Positions 28,086 through 38,863 of a stretch of 64,000 nucleotides of DNA are shown here, piece after piece (the stretch's first letter is position 1; each line of letters starts with the position of its first letter). The stretch lies in assembly GCF_900163695.1 (NCBI RefSeq), contig NZ_FUIC01000027.1, positions 30,807 through 94,806 of the forward strand, in the 5' to 3' direction. Origin of the DNA: Gulosibacter sp. 10. GTDB taxonomy: Bacteria > Actinomycetota > Actinomycetes > Actinomycetales > Microbacteriaceae. Below the pieces are notes generated by a model. The model had not been told where the DNA came from, made no database searches, and was given only the letters and a program-made list of their open reading frames with translations. The position numbers and the translations under genes are program-made.

Positions 28086-29064
28086 CGCTGTCGACGATCT
28101 CCGTGGCGCTGTACTTGTCGATGCGGAAGGAGTTCAGCCCGAGGCCGTACACCTGCCCGTCCTGCACGGAGGGCAGATTGGCGAGGGTCGGGTCCTCCAC
28201 GAACGCCTTCGCGCCCTCGTCGTCCTGGCTCAGGATGAATGTGGTGTCGGCGGTGAGCTCGGTGAGGTTCTCGTAGGAGGCGAAGACGAAGTCCTCTCGC
28301 TCCTGCGGCTGGGTGTGCCAGTCGGGGTTCGGCTCCTCGATCTCGAAGCCGAGCTGGGCGAGCAGCTGCCCGTGCGGGCCCTCGGCGCGGCCGATGGGGT
28401 TGCCCTCGCTGGGGCCGTTGTAGGAGACGATGTTCGCCTGGCCCTCGGGCACGGTGATGCTCGAGGCGGCGTCCTCGACGTAGGCGTCGAACTCGTCGAT
28501 GCTCGCCTGCGCCTGCTCCTCGAGGCCGGTGGCCTCGCCGAGCTCGACCGCGAGGTCCTGCCAGGTCTGCGCGCCGTAGTCGACGACGATCGTCGGCGCG
28601 ATCTGCTGCAGCTCGGCGACCTGGTCGGCGACGGAGTCGGCGCCGGTCGCGGCGACCACGATGAGGTCCGCGTCGTAGGCGTAGGCCGCCTCGATGTCGA
28701 CCTCGCCCGCCGACCACAGGTTCTCCACGCCCTGCTCCTCGGCGACGTCCGCCCACTGGGCGAAGAAGTCGCCGGCGGCGTCGGTGCCCGAGGCGACCAG
28801 CGGCGCGTCGATCGCGAGCAGCGTGCCCGAGACCGAGACGGAGGTCGAGACGATGTTCTGCGGCTGCTCGGGGATCTCGGTGGTGGTGCCGTCCGCGTTC
28901 TCGAAGGTGCGGGGCCAGGTGCCGCCGTCGGTCGAGGAGGCATCGCCCTCGCCGGTGGATTCGGGCGCGGCGTCGGAGGCGCAGCCGGCGAGCGCGAGGG
29001 CGCCGACGGAGAGCGCGGCGAGCCCGGCCAGCAGTCGGGAGCGCGTGGAGCGCGAACGGTTCAT
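28063..29064 (-). CDS. iron-siderophore ABC transporter substrate-binding lipoprotein
   Basis: Start at Met index 14 (MNRSRSTRSRLLAGLAALSVGALALAGC) with an AAAGGA RBS, giving a signal peptide plus a LAGC lipobox. Periplasmic-binding-protein type 2 sequence. The 3' end overlaps the permease start. Confidence 0.8.
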   Translation of the reverse strand: MNRSRSTRSRLLAGLAALSVGALALAGCASDAAPESTGEGDASSTDGGTWPRTFENADGTTTEIPEQPQNIVSTSVSVSGTLLAIDAPLVASGTDAAGDFFAQWADVAEEQGVENLWSAGEVDIEAAYAYDADLIVVAATGADSVADQVAELQQIAPTIVVDYGAQTWQDLAVELGEATGLEEQAQASIDEFDAYVEDAASSITVPEGQANIVSYNGPSEGNPIGRAEGPHGQLLAQLGFEIEEPNPDWHTQPQEREDFVFASYENLTELTADTTFILSQDDEGAKAFVEDPTLANLPSVQDGQVYGLGLNSFRIDKYSATEIVDSVVNHFGN

Positions 29065-29168
29065 GATCGTCCTTTCGGGGGTCGACGATGCGTCGAAGGC
29101 CGGCACCGCGGCGGCGAGGGATTCGCGTGGCCGTGGAAGGGCCGGATTCGCGCATCACTGAGCATTGG

Positions 29169-29187
29169 CTAGGCAAGGCTAGCCTAA
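29169..29187. promoter_or_regulatory. candidate IdeR/DtxR iron box (CTAGGCAAGGCTAGCCTAA) upstream of the siderophore ABC operon
   Basis: 15/19 match to the IdeR consensus TTAGGTTAGGCTAACCTAA, counted by hand. Lies about 105-125 bp upstream of the SBP start codon on the operon side of the terminator. Confidence 0.4.
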
Positions 29188-29230
29188 CCGGAAGGTGTTC
29201 GGAATGCCGGGACGCGAACCGGGGGAGAAC

Positions 29231-29290
29231 GGGCTGAAAAACAGCGAGGGGCCGGCGCCGCGATCAAGCATCGCGGCGCCGGCCCCTCGC
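29231..29290 (-). terminator. intrinsic terminator: perfect 21-bp stem (GCGAGGGGCCGGCGCCGCGAT / loop CAAGC) followed by a U-tract on the minus strand
   Basis: Perfect inverted repeat at 29244-29264 and 29270-29290, seen directly. Minus-strand downstream sequence is TGTTTTTCAG. Lies 6 nt after the AKR stop codon. Confidence 0.65.
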
Positions 29291-29295
29291 CGTCG

Positions 29296-30782
<1,487 letters not shown>

Positions 30783-31420
30783 TCGTCGACCATCCCGGTG
30801 GCCTGCATGAGCGCGTACATCGTGGTCGGGCCGACGAACCGGAATCCGCGCGCGCGGAGCGCGGCGCTCATCGCCGTGGACTCCGGCGTGATCGCGGGCA
30901 CCTCCCGCAGGGAGCGCGGCCGCGGCGCGGCGGCGGGGGCGAATGACCAGAGCAGCTCGTCGAACCCGCCGGGCGCCATCTCCGCGACGAGCCCGGCGTT
31001 GGTGATCGCGGCGAGGATCTTCTGCCGGTTGCGGATGATGCCCGCGTCGGCGAGCAGGCGCTCGACGTCGGCGTCCGTGTAGCCGGCCACCGCGCGCGGA
31101 TCGAATCCGTCGAACACGGCGCGGAACCGGGGCCGCTTGCGCAGCACCGTGATCCACGAGAGCCCCGCCTGGAAGCCCTCGAGCACGAGGCGCTCGAAGA
31201 GCGCGGCGTCGCCGTGCACCGGATGCCCCCATTCCTCGTCGTGATATCGCGTGTAGTCGGGCGTCCTGCCCGCCCAGCCGCAGCGGGCGGCGCCGTCCTC
31301 GCCGGTGATGAGATCGCTGTCCATGCCGTTCAGCGTACGGTCCTTCCGGGCGCGGCGCGGCGCCCATCCACACCGGCCGGACCTGTGGATGCATGCGCCG
31401 CCCACGGCGGAACTGCGAGG

Positions 31421-32572
31421 ATGTCGGGTATGAATCCGAACTCGCAGCCGCCGAATCCGCAGCAGCCGCACCCGCAGTTCCAGGGCCGGCCGGGGCAGGG
31501 CCCGCAGCCGTTCGCGAACGCCGGGTCGCCGCGTCCGGCCGCCGGGGGCGTTCCCGGGCAGCCCCCGCGCGGCCCGCAGGGCTTCCCCGCCGAGCCGGTC
31601 GGCGGAGGCCGGCCGCCGGCCGTAGGCGGGCCAGCCCCGCAGGCCCCGAACCGCCGGCCGGAGGACGGCATCCGCGAGCGCCGGGCGATCTCGATCAACG
31701 GCCTGCTGGGCCTGCTCATCGGCCTCGGGCTCATGGTCGTGGGGGTCGTCGTCGGGTTCAACGGCGCCCGGGCCGCCGGCGACTCCGCGCCGGGCGGGGG
31801 CAGCGGCGGCGGCGTCCTGGCGATCGTCCTGGGCATCCTGCTCTTCGTGCTGGGATGGCTGCTGCTGCAGAGCCTCACGATCAACGGCCCGGGCGACTCC
31901 AAGGTCGTCCAGTTCTTCGGCTCCTACATCGGCACCATCCGCGCCGAGGGGCTGCGCATGACCGTGCCGCTCACGCGCAAGCGCCCGGTGTCGGTGAAGG
32001 TGCGGAACTTCGAGACGCACGAGCTCAAGGTGAACGACGCCGACGGCAATCCCATCAACATCGCCGCGATCATCGTGTGGCGGGTGGCGGACACCGCCCG
32101 CGCCGTCTTCTCGGTCGAGCACTTCCAGCAGTTCGTGGCGGTGCAGTCCGAGTCCGCGCTGCGGCACGTGGCCTCGACCCACCCCTACGACGACCCCGGC
32201 CCGGGGGAGACCTCGCTGCGGGGCTCGGCCGAGCTGATCTCGCGCGAGATCGCCGAGGAGGTCGCGGCGCGGATCGGCATCGCGGGCCTCGAGGTCGTCG
32301 AGGCCCGGATCTCCTCCCTCGCCTACGCGCCGGAGATCGCGCAGTCGATGCTGCAGCGCCAGCAGGCCTCGGCGGTGATCGCGGCGCGCGAGCGCATCGT
32401 GGAGGGCGCCGTGACGATGGTGCAGCAGGCCGTGCAGCGGCTCGAGGACGACGGCACCGTGGCGCTCGACGCGGACCGGCGCGCGGAGATCGTGTCGAAC
32501 ATGCTCGTCGTGCTCACCTCCGACCAGACGGTCACGCCGGTCATCAACACGGCGGCGAACCGCCCCGGCTGA
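31421..32572 (+). CDS. SPFH/band-7 domain membrane protein with Pro/Gln/Gly-rich N-terminal low-complexity region
   Basis: Start placed after the tag start (ATG at 31421 or 31430). Pro/Gln/Gly-rich disordered N-terminus, one TM segment, then an SPFH domain (VVQFFGSYIGTIRAEGLRMTVP...). Confidence 0.75.
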   Translation: MSGMNPNSQPPNPQQPHPQFQGRPGQGPQPFANAGSPRPAAGGVPGQPPRGPQGFPAEPVGGGRPPAVGGPAPQAPNRRPEDGIRERRAISINGLLGLLIGLGLMVVGVVVGFNGARAAGDSAPGGGSGGGVLAIVLGILLFVLGWLLLQSLTINGPGDSKVVQFFGSYIGTIRAEGLRMTVPLTRKRPVSVKVRNFETHELKVNDADGNPINIAAIIVWRVADTARAVFSVEHFQQFVAVQSESALRHVASTHPYDDPGPGETSLRGSAELISREIAEEVAARIGIAGLEVVEARISSLAYAPEIAQSMLQRQQASAVIAARERIVEGAVTMVQQAVQRLEDDGTVALDADRRAEIVSNMLVVLTSDQTVTPVINTAANRPG

Positions 32573-32646
32573 ACGGAGCGGTAGTCCGCATGCGATGCGG
32601 ATGCAAGCCCCAGGAACCTCCAGGGGCAGATCGTTACTCTGTCGTA

Positions 32647-33258
32647 ATGAGCACCAGAGGTCGAGGCCGTCCCCCAGTCACCACGCATGAAGCGGTCGAG
32701 GAGACCGCGCTCGCACTGTTCGAGGAGCGCGGCGTCGAGAACACGACCGTCGTCGACATCGCCGAGGCGTGCGAGATGAGCAAGACGAGCTTCTTCCGCT
32801 ACTTCGCCTCGAAGAACGAGATCCTCTGGCGGCCCTTCGACGAGCACGTCGAGCGCATCCGCGAGGGCCTCGCGGACCAGCCGGAGGACAGGCCCGTGAC
32901 CGCGGCCATCGACGACGCGCTGCGCGCCGCGCTCACCTCGGAGGTCGACATCGCCGGGGTGTGGCTGCGCCGGCTGCGCTTCCAGAGCGCCCCGGACCAG
33001 CAGGCGGTCGCGGCGGAGCACTGGGCGCGATGGACGCAGCTCATGGCGCGCTTCATCCGGGTGCGCTCCGAGCCGGCCGAGGACGACCTGCTGCCCGAGA
33101 CCGTCGCAGGCGCGGTGACCGGCACCTTCACGGCGTTCGTGCGCATCCTCGTGGTGCGGCACCAGATCTCGCCCGACGAGGTGCTGGCGCGGTACGACGA
33201 GAAGGTGTCGCCGATCATCCGCGAGCTCCAGCCCTTCGTCGAGCGCATCGAGCGGTAG
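32647..33258 (+). CDS. TetR/AcrR family transcriptional regulator
   Basis: 203 aa. HTH VVDIAEACEMSKTSFFRYF. Convergent with the MMPL gene. Confidence 0.75.
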   Translation: MSTRGRGRPPVTTHEAVEETALALFEERGVENTTVVDIAEACEMSKTSFFRYFASKNEILWRPFDEHVERIREGLADQPEDRPVTAAIDDALRAALTSEVDIAGVWLRRLRFQSAPDQQAVAAEHWARWTQLMARFIRVRSEPAEDDLLPETVAGAVTGTFTAFVRILVVRHQISPDEVLARYDEKVSPIIRELQPFVERIER

Positions 33259-33270
33259 CCGGGGCGCCCG

Positions 33271-35445
33271 TCAGGGCGTCGACCGGCGCGCGAGCCGCGA
33301 GGGCCACCAGGCCCGCCGGCCGAGATCGTAGACGAGGGCGGGCACGAGCAGGGTCCGCACGACGAACGTGTCGAGCAGCACGCCGAAAGCCACGATGAAG
33401 GCGAGCTGCACCAGGAACAGGATCGGGATCACCGAGAGCGCGGCGAAGGTCGCCGCGAGCACGACGCCGGCCGAGGTGATCACCCCTCCCGTGATGGTGA
33501 GCCCGCGCAGGACGCCCTGTCGGGTGCCGTGCTCGAGCGATTCCTCGCGCACCCGCGTCATGAGGAAGATGTTGTAGTCGATGCCCAGCGCGACGAGGAA
33601 CACGAAGCCGTAGAGGGGTACGGCGGGATCGGCGCCGGGGAGGTCGAGGACGCCGTTGAAGACGAGCGCCGAGACGCCCATCGCGGTGCCGAAGGACAGC
33701 ACGGTCGTGAGGATGAGCAGCACCGGCGCCACCAGCGCGCGCAGCAGCAGCATGAGGATGAGCGTGATCACCACGAGCACGATCGGGATGATGAGGTTCC
33801 GGTCGTGGATCGAGGCGTCGTTCGTGTCCACCGCGGTGGCCGTCACCCCGCCCACGAGCGCGTCGGGGCTCGTGCCGGCGAGCTCGGCGCGGAGCGCGCG
33901 CACGGTGTCGGCCGCCGCATCCGAGTCGGCGGCGTCCGCGAGCGTGGCCTGCAGCAGCACCTGGCCGTCGACGACGGTCGGCTCGGGGGCCGGCGTCCCC
34001 GGCGGGCCGGCCGCCTCGATGCCGGCCTCCGTCACCGGGGCGGTGCCGCTCGGCGAGTCCGCCGCGGCGATCGAGACCGCGTCGAGCCCCTCGTGGCCGA
34101 GGAGCAGCTGCGCGGCGTCGTCGAGCTCCGACTCGGGGAGGAGCACGTAGACCGGGCTCCCGGAGCCCTGGGGGAAGTGCTCGCCGAGGGCGACCTGGCC
34201 GTCGCGGGCCTCGGACTCGCCGAGTACGAGGTCCGATTGGGGGACGCCGTCGGCGTCGAGCTGGGTCGCCGCGAGGGCGCCGAGCACGAGCACGCCGCTC
34301 GTGGCGAGCCACACGACGCGCGGCCGGGCGCTGATGAGCCGCGCGGTGCGCGCCCACAGCCCGCGGTCGGCGACGGCGTGGGGATCGGCCTGCGGCCGGT
34401 ACTCCGGCCGGCGGGGCCAGAACGCGGCACGGCCGAAGAGGAAGAGGATCGACGGCAGGAGGGTCAGGGCCGCGAGCATCGCGAAGACGATGCCGATCGA
34501 GGCCACGGGGCCGAGCGTGGAGTTCGACTTGAGGTCGCTGAGCAGCAGGCACAGCAGGCCGGCGATCACGGTGCCGCCCGAGGCGAGGATCGGCTCGAGC
34601 GTGCCGCGCACGGCGTTCCTCGTGGCGAGGCCCTTGTCGGTGGTCTGGCGGAGCTCCTCCCGGTATCTCGCGACGTAGAGCAGCGAGTAGTCGGTGGCCG
34701 CGCCGATCACGAGGATGAAGAGGATGCCCTGCGTCTGCCCGCTCAGCAGCAGCACCTCGGCCTTCGCGAGCCACCAGACCGTGAGCAGCGCGACGCAGAG
34801 CGCGAACATGCTGGTCGACAGCACGGCGATGGGCAGCAGCAGCGAGCGGTAGACGAGGACGAGGATGACGAGCACGGCGAGGAGCGCGACGCCCAGCAGC
34901 AGGCCGTCGATGCCGGCGAAGCCGGCGATGAGATCGGCGCTGAACCCCGCGGGGCCGGTCACCGAGGCGGCGACGCCCTCGGGCAGATCGGCGTTCAGGG
35001 CGTCGTGCACGGCGGCGACCACGTCGCCGATCTCCGCGTCCGAGTCGATGGGGAGGAAGGCCTGCGCCGCGAGGCCGTCCTCGGAGGGGAGCACGGGGGA
35101 GACGTCCGCCGCGACGCCGTCGATCTCGGCGGCGCGGTCCACGGCCGCGCCGATCGCGTCGAGCGCCTCGTCGTCGAGGGCCTCCTCGCCGACGAACACG
35201 ACCACGGCGGGGATCGCGTCCGAGTCGCTGAACTCCGGCAGCAGCAGCTGCACCCGCGTCGCGTCGGCCGAATCGGGCAGATAGGCGGTCTGATCGTTCG
35301 AGGAGACCTCGGACACCTTGCCGAAATACGGCCCGCCGACGCCCGCCCCCGCCAGCCACAGGAGGATGAGGAGGGCGGGGACGAGCACGCGCGCCCACGT
35401 CCGGCCCCGGCTCCGCGTCCCGGTCCGCCCCGATGCATGTGCCAT
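33271..35445 (-). CDS. MMPL family RND-type transporter
   Basis: 724 aa with two blocks of about six TM helices plus two periplasmic domains. GIDYSLLY / GIDYNIFL MMPL motifs. Confidence 0.85.
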   Translation of the reverse strand: MAHASGRTGTRSRGRTWARVLVPALLILLWLAGAGVGGPYFGKVSEVSSNDQTAYLPDSADATRVQLLLPEFSDSDAIPAVVVFVGEEALDDEALDAIGAAVDRAAEIDGVAADVSPVLPSEDGLAAQAFLPIDSDAEIGDVVAAVHDALNADLPEGVAASVTGPAGFSADLIAGFAGIDGLLLGVALLAVLVILVLVYRSLLLPIAVLSTSMFALCVALLTVWWLAKAEVLLLSGQTQGILFILVIGAATDYSLLYVARYREELRQTTDKGLATRNAVRGTLEPILASGGTVIAGLLCLLLSDLKSNSTLGPVASIGIVFAMLAALTLLPSILFLFGRAAFWPRRPEYRPQADPHAVADRGLWARTARLISARPRVVWLATSGVLVLGALAATQLDADGVPQSDLVLGESEARDGQVALGEHFPQGSGSPVYVLLPESELDDAAQLLLGHEGLDAVSIAAADSPSGTAPVTEAGIEAAGPPGTPAPEPTVVDGQVLLQATLADAADSDAAADTVRALRAELAGTSPDALVGGVTATAVDTNDASIHDRNLIIPIVLVVITLILMLLLRALVAPVLLILTTVLSFGTAMGVSALVFNGVLDLPGADPAVPLYGFVFLVALGIDYNIFLMTRVREESLEHGTRQGVLRGLTITGGVITSAGVVLAATFAALSVIPILFLVQLAFIVAFGVLLDTFVVRTLLVPALVYDLGRRAWWPSRLARRSTP

Positions 35446-35492
35446 ACCGCGAACCTACACCGAAGCCGCCGGACGCGGGCGGAGGCCGGCGA

Positions 35493-36386
35493 TCAGGAGA
35501 AGCGCGCGATCTCGATCCTGCGCATCGTCATGAGCGTCTCGTACGCGCGCGGCCGGGTCATGAGGTCGTCCATGTCCTCGGGGACGATCTGCCAGCTCAC
35601 CCCGAACTCGTCCTTGCACCAGCCGCACGCCTCCGCGTCGGGGACGGCCGAGAGGGCGTGCCAGTACCGGTCGATCTCGGCCTGATCCCGGCAGTTCACC
35701 TGCAGGGAGACGCCCTCGGTGAAGGTGAAGCCCTGCTCGACGCCGCTGTCCATCGCGGCGAAATGGCCGCCGCCGAGCACGAAGCGGCCGTGCATGACGG
35801 ACCCGGGGGAGGCCGGCCCCGTCTGCTCGGGGTACTCGGCGACGGCGCCCATCCGGGAGTCGCGGAAGATCCCGGTCCAGCGCTCCATCGCCGCGCGGGC
35901 CCGATTGACGACGGGGCCGCCGAACATGAACGTGGGGATGATCACCGGCTGGAGCTCCCCGGTCGGCTGCGAGAGGAGGAGCTGCCAGCTCGTGCCGAAG
36001 CGGTCCTGCACCCAGCCGTACAGCTCCGAGAAGGGGTACGCGTCGAGGGGCATGAGGACCTCGCCGCCCTCGCCGAGCCGCTCCCAGAGCCGCTCGATGT
36101 GCCCGCGGGCGTCCGCCCGCGCCGAGGGGTCGACGTTCACCGTGAACGAGATCGCGGGGTTCGGCCGGAACTCGTCGCCCGCGTTGATCGCGATGAACTC
36201 TGTGTCGGCGATCTGGAACCCGATGGTCAGCACCTCGCCCGCCATGCTCCGCTGGAACTCCGGCAGCCCCTCGGACGGGTAGTGGGATATCGAGGTCCTG
36301 ACGGCCTCTGGGAAGGCGCCGAGGTAGAAGTCCACCGCCTCCTCGGCATCGCCGTCGCACCAGATGTTCGGCGTGATGAACTGCAT
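35493..36386 (-). CDS. VOC-superfamily protein with tandem PhnB / 3-demethylubiquinone-9 3-methyltransferase-like domains
   Basis: 297 aa. Two repeated halves with an FxGxAEEAxxFY-like motif at each N-terminus (MQFITPNIWCDGDAEEAVDFY... and ...VNCRDQAEIDRYW). Confidence 0.7.
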   Translation of the reverse strand: MQFITPNIWCDGDAEEAVDFYLGAFPEAVRTSISHYPSEGLPEFQRSMAGEVLTIGFQIADTEFIAINAGDEFRPNPAISFTVNVDPSARADARGHIERLWERLGEGGEVLMPLDAYPFSELYGWVQDRFGTSWQLLLSQPTGELQPVIIPTFMFGGPVVNRARAAMERWTGIFRDSRMGAVAEYPEQTGPASPGSVMHGRFVLGGGHFAAMDSGVEQGFTFTEGVSLQVNCRDQAEIDRYWHALSAVPDAEACGWCKDEFGVSWQIVPEDMDDLMTRPRAYETLMTMRRIEIARFS

Positions 36387-36484
36387 GATGGCTCCTTCGC
36401 TCGCAGCGGCGCGGGCGCCGCGCCCGCGCCCTCAGGCTAGGAGCGCGGGCGGGGAATCGCCCGGACGGGAGGTGGGAGAACCGC

Positions 36485-38863
36485 TCAGGGGGCCGAGACG
36501 TACTCCCGCAGGTGCCGCCCGGTGAGCGTGCCCGCCTCCGCCACGAGCGCTCGCGGGGTGCCCTCGAAGACCACGCGGCCGCCCTCGCTCCCGGCCCCGG
36601 GGCCGAGGTCGATGATCCAGTCGGCATGGGCCATGACCGCCTGGTGGTGCTCGATCACGACGACCGACTTGCCGGCGTCCACCAGCCGGTCCAGCAGCGC
36701 CAGCAGCTGCTCGACGTCCGCGAGGTGGAGGCCGGTGGTGGGCTCGTCGAGCACGTAGACGCCGCCCTTCCCACCCATCCGGGTGGCGAGCTTGATGCGC
36801 TGCCGCTCGCCGCCGGAGAGCGTCGAGAGGGGCTGCCCGAGCGTGAGGTAGCCGAGCCCCACGTCCTCGAGCCGGTCGAGGACCTTCGAGGCGGCCGGGG
36901 TGCGGGCCTCGCCCTCGGCGAAGAATTCGCGGGCGCGAGAGACGGAGAGCCCGAGCACCTCGCTGATGTCGAGGCCTCCGAGCGTGTACTCGAGCACCTC
37001 GGCCTGGAAGCGCTTGCCGCCGCACTCCTCGCAGATGCTCGAGACGGTGGCCATGACGCCGAGCTCGGTGAAGACGAGGCCGAGCCCCTTGCAGGCCGGG
37101 CAGGCGCCGGCCGAGTTGGCGCTGAACAGCGCGGGCTTGACGCCGTTGGCCTTGGCGAAGGCCTTGCGGATGGGGTCGAGGAGCCCCGTGTAGGTGGCGG
37201 GGTTGCTGCGGCGCGAGCCCCGGATCGCGCTCTGGTCGATGGCGATGAGCTCCTCGCCTTCCCCGATCGCGGCGGGCAGCGAGCCCTCGACGAGGGAGCT
37301 CTTGCCGGAGCCCGCGACGCCGGTCACGACGCAGAGCACCCCGAGGGGCACGTCCACGTCCACGTGCCGCAGGTTGTGCGAGTGCGCGTCCCGGATCTCG
37401 ACGCGGCCGCGGGGCGCGCGGACCTCCTCCTTGAGCGAGGCGCGGTAGGCGAGGTGGGCTCCGGTCAGGGTGCCGCTCCCGCGGAGCGCGGCGACCGAGC
37501 CCTCGAAGGTGATCTCGCCGCCGGCGGCGCCCGCGCGCGGGCCGAGGTCCACCACGTGGTCGGCGATCGCGATCGTCTCGGGCTTGTGCTCGACCACGAG
37601 CACGGTGTTGCCCTTGTCGCGCAGCTGCAGCAGGAGCTCGTTCATCCGCTGGATGTCGTGCGGGTGCAGGCCGATCGTGGGCTCGTCGAACACGTAGGTG
37701 ACATCGGTCAGGGCCGAGCCCAGATGGCGGATGAGCTTGGTGCGCTGCGCCTCGCCGCCGGAGAGCGTGCCGGCGGGGCGGTCGAGCGAGAGGTACCCGA
37801 GGCCGATGTCGATGAAGGAGTCGAGGGTGTCCGCGATGCTCTCGAGCAGCGGGGCGAGCCCGGGCTCGTCGATGCCGCGCACCCACTCCGCGAGCTCGGT
37901 GATCTGCATGCGGCACGCGTCCGCGATGCTCGTGCCGTCGATCCGGGACTCGCGGGCCCCCTCCGCGAGCCGGGTGCCCTCGCAGTCGGGGCAGGCGGTG
38001 AACGTCACGGCGCGGTCGACGAAGGCGCGGATGTGCGGCTGCATCGAGTCGCGGTCCTTCTGCAGCATCGACTTCTGGATCTTCGGGATGAGCCCCTCGT
38101 AGGTCATGTTCGCCCCCTCGAGCCTCACCTTGACCTGCTCCTTGTAGAGGAAGTCGTGGAGCTCGCGCTTCGTATAGCGCTTGATGGGCTTGCCCGGGTC
38201 CATGAACCCGGAGGCGGCGAAGAGCTTCACGTACCAGCCGTCGGCGGTGTAGCCGGGCACCTTGATCGCGCCCTCGCGCAGGCTCAGGTCCTCGTCGTAG
38301 ATCTCGCCCAGGTCGATGTCGTTGATCACGCCCATGCCCTCGCAGCGGGGGCACATGCCGCCGGTCTGCTCGAAGGTGGCCTTCTCGGCGATCGTGTTGC
38401 CGCGCTTGACGGTGATCGCGCCGCTGGCCTGCACCGAGGGGACGTTGAAGGAGTACGCCTGCGGCCCGCCGATCTGCGGCTGCGCGAGACGGCTGAAGAG
38501 TATGCGCAGCATCGCGTTCACGTCGGTGGCGGTGCCGACCGTCGAGCGGGGGTTCGCGCCGAGCCGTTCCTGGTCGACGATGATGGCGGTCGTGAGGCCC
38601 TCGAGCCGATCGACCTCCGGGCGGGCGAGCGAGGGCATGAACCCCTGGAGGAAGGCGCTGTAGGTCTCGTTGATCATGCGCTGCGACTCGGCGGCGATCG
38701 TGCCGAAGACGAGCGAGCTCTTGCCGGAGCCGGAGACGCCGGTGAAGACGGTGAGCCGCCGCTTGGGGATGTCGACGCTGATGTTCTTGAGGTTGTTCTC
38801 CCGTGCGCCGATGACGCGGATGACGTTGTGGCTGTCGGCGATGTGGACCGAGGTGTCGCTCAT
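36485..38863 (-). CDS. UvrA class II paralog (excinuclease ABC subunit A-like, DrrC/UvrA2 type)
   Basis: 792 aa. Two ABC ATPase modules (GVSGSGKSS and GVAGSGKSS Walker A; LSGGEAQR and LSGGERQR signatures). Zinc-finger C-x2-C pairs. Shorter than canonical UvrA and lacks the UvrB-interaction domain region. Confidence 0.85.
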   Translation of the reverse strand: MSDTSVHIADSHNVIRVIGARENNLKNISVDIPKRRLTVFTGVSGSGKSSLVFGTIAAESQRMINETYSAFLQGFMPSLARPEVDRLEGLTTAIIVDQERLGANPRSTVGTATDVNAMLRILFSRLAQPQIGGPQAYSFNVPSVQASGAITVKRGNTIAEKATFEQTGGMCPRCEGMGVINDIDLGEIYDEDLSLREGAIKVPGYTADGWYVKLFAASGFMDPGKPIKRYTKRELHDFLYKEQVKVRLEGANMTYEGLIPKIQKSMLQKDRDSMQPHIRAFVDRAVTFTACPDCEGTRLAEGARESRIDGTSIADACRMQITELAEWVRGIDEPGLAPLLESIADTLDSFIDIGLGYLSLDRPAGTLSGGEAQRTKLIRHLGSALTDVTYVFDEPTIGLHPHDIQRMNELLLQLRDKGNTVLVVEHKPETIAIADHVVDLGPRAGAAGGEITFEGSVAALRGSGTLTGAHLAYRASLKEEVRAPRGRVEIRDAHSHNLRHVDVDVPLGVLCVVTGVAGSGKSSLVEGSLPAAIGEGEELIAIDQSAIRGSRRSNPATYTGLLDPIRKAFAKANGVKPALFSANSAGACPACKGLGLVFTELGVMATVSSICEECGGKRFQAEVLEYTLGGLDISEVLGLSVSRAREFFAEGEARTPAASKVLDRLEDVGLGYLTLGQPLSTLSGGERQRIKLATRMGGKGGVYVLDEPTTGLHLADVEQLLALLDRLVDAGKSVVVIEHHQAVMAHADWIIDLGPGAGSEGGRVVFEGTPRALVAEAGTLTGRHLREYVSAP

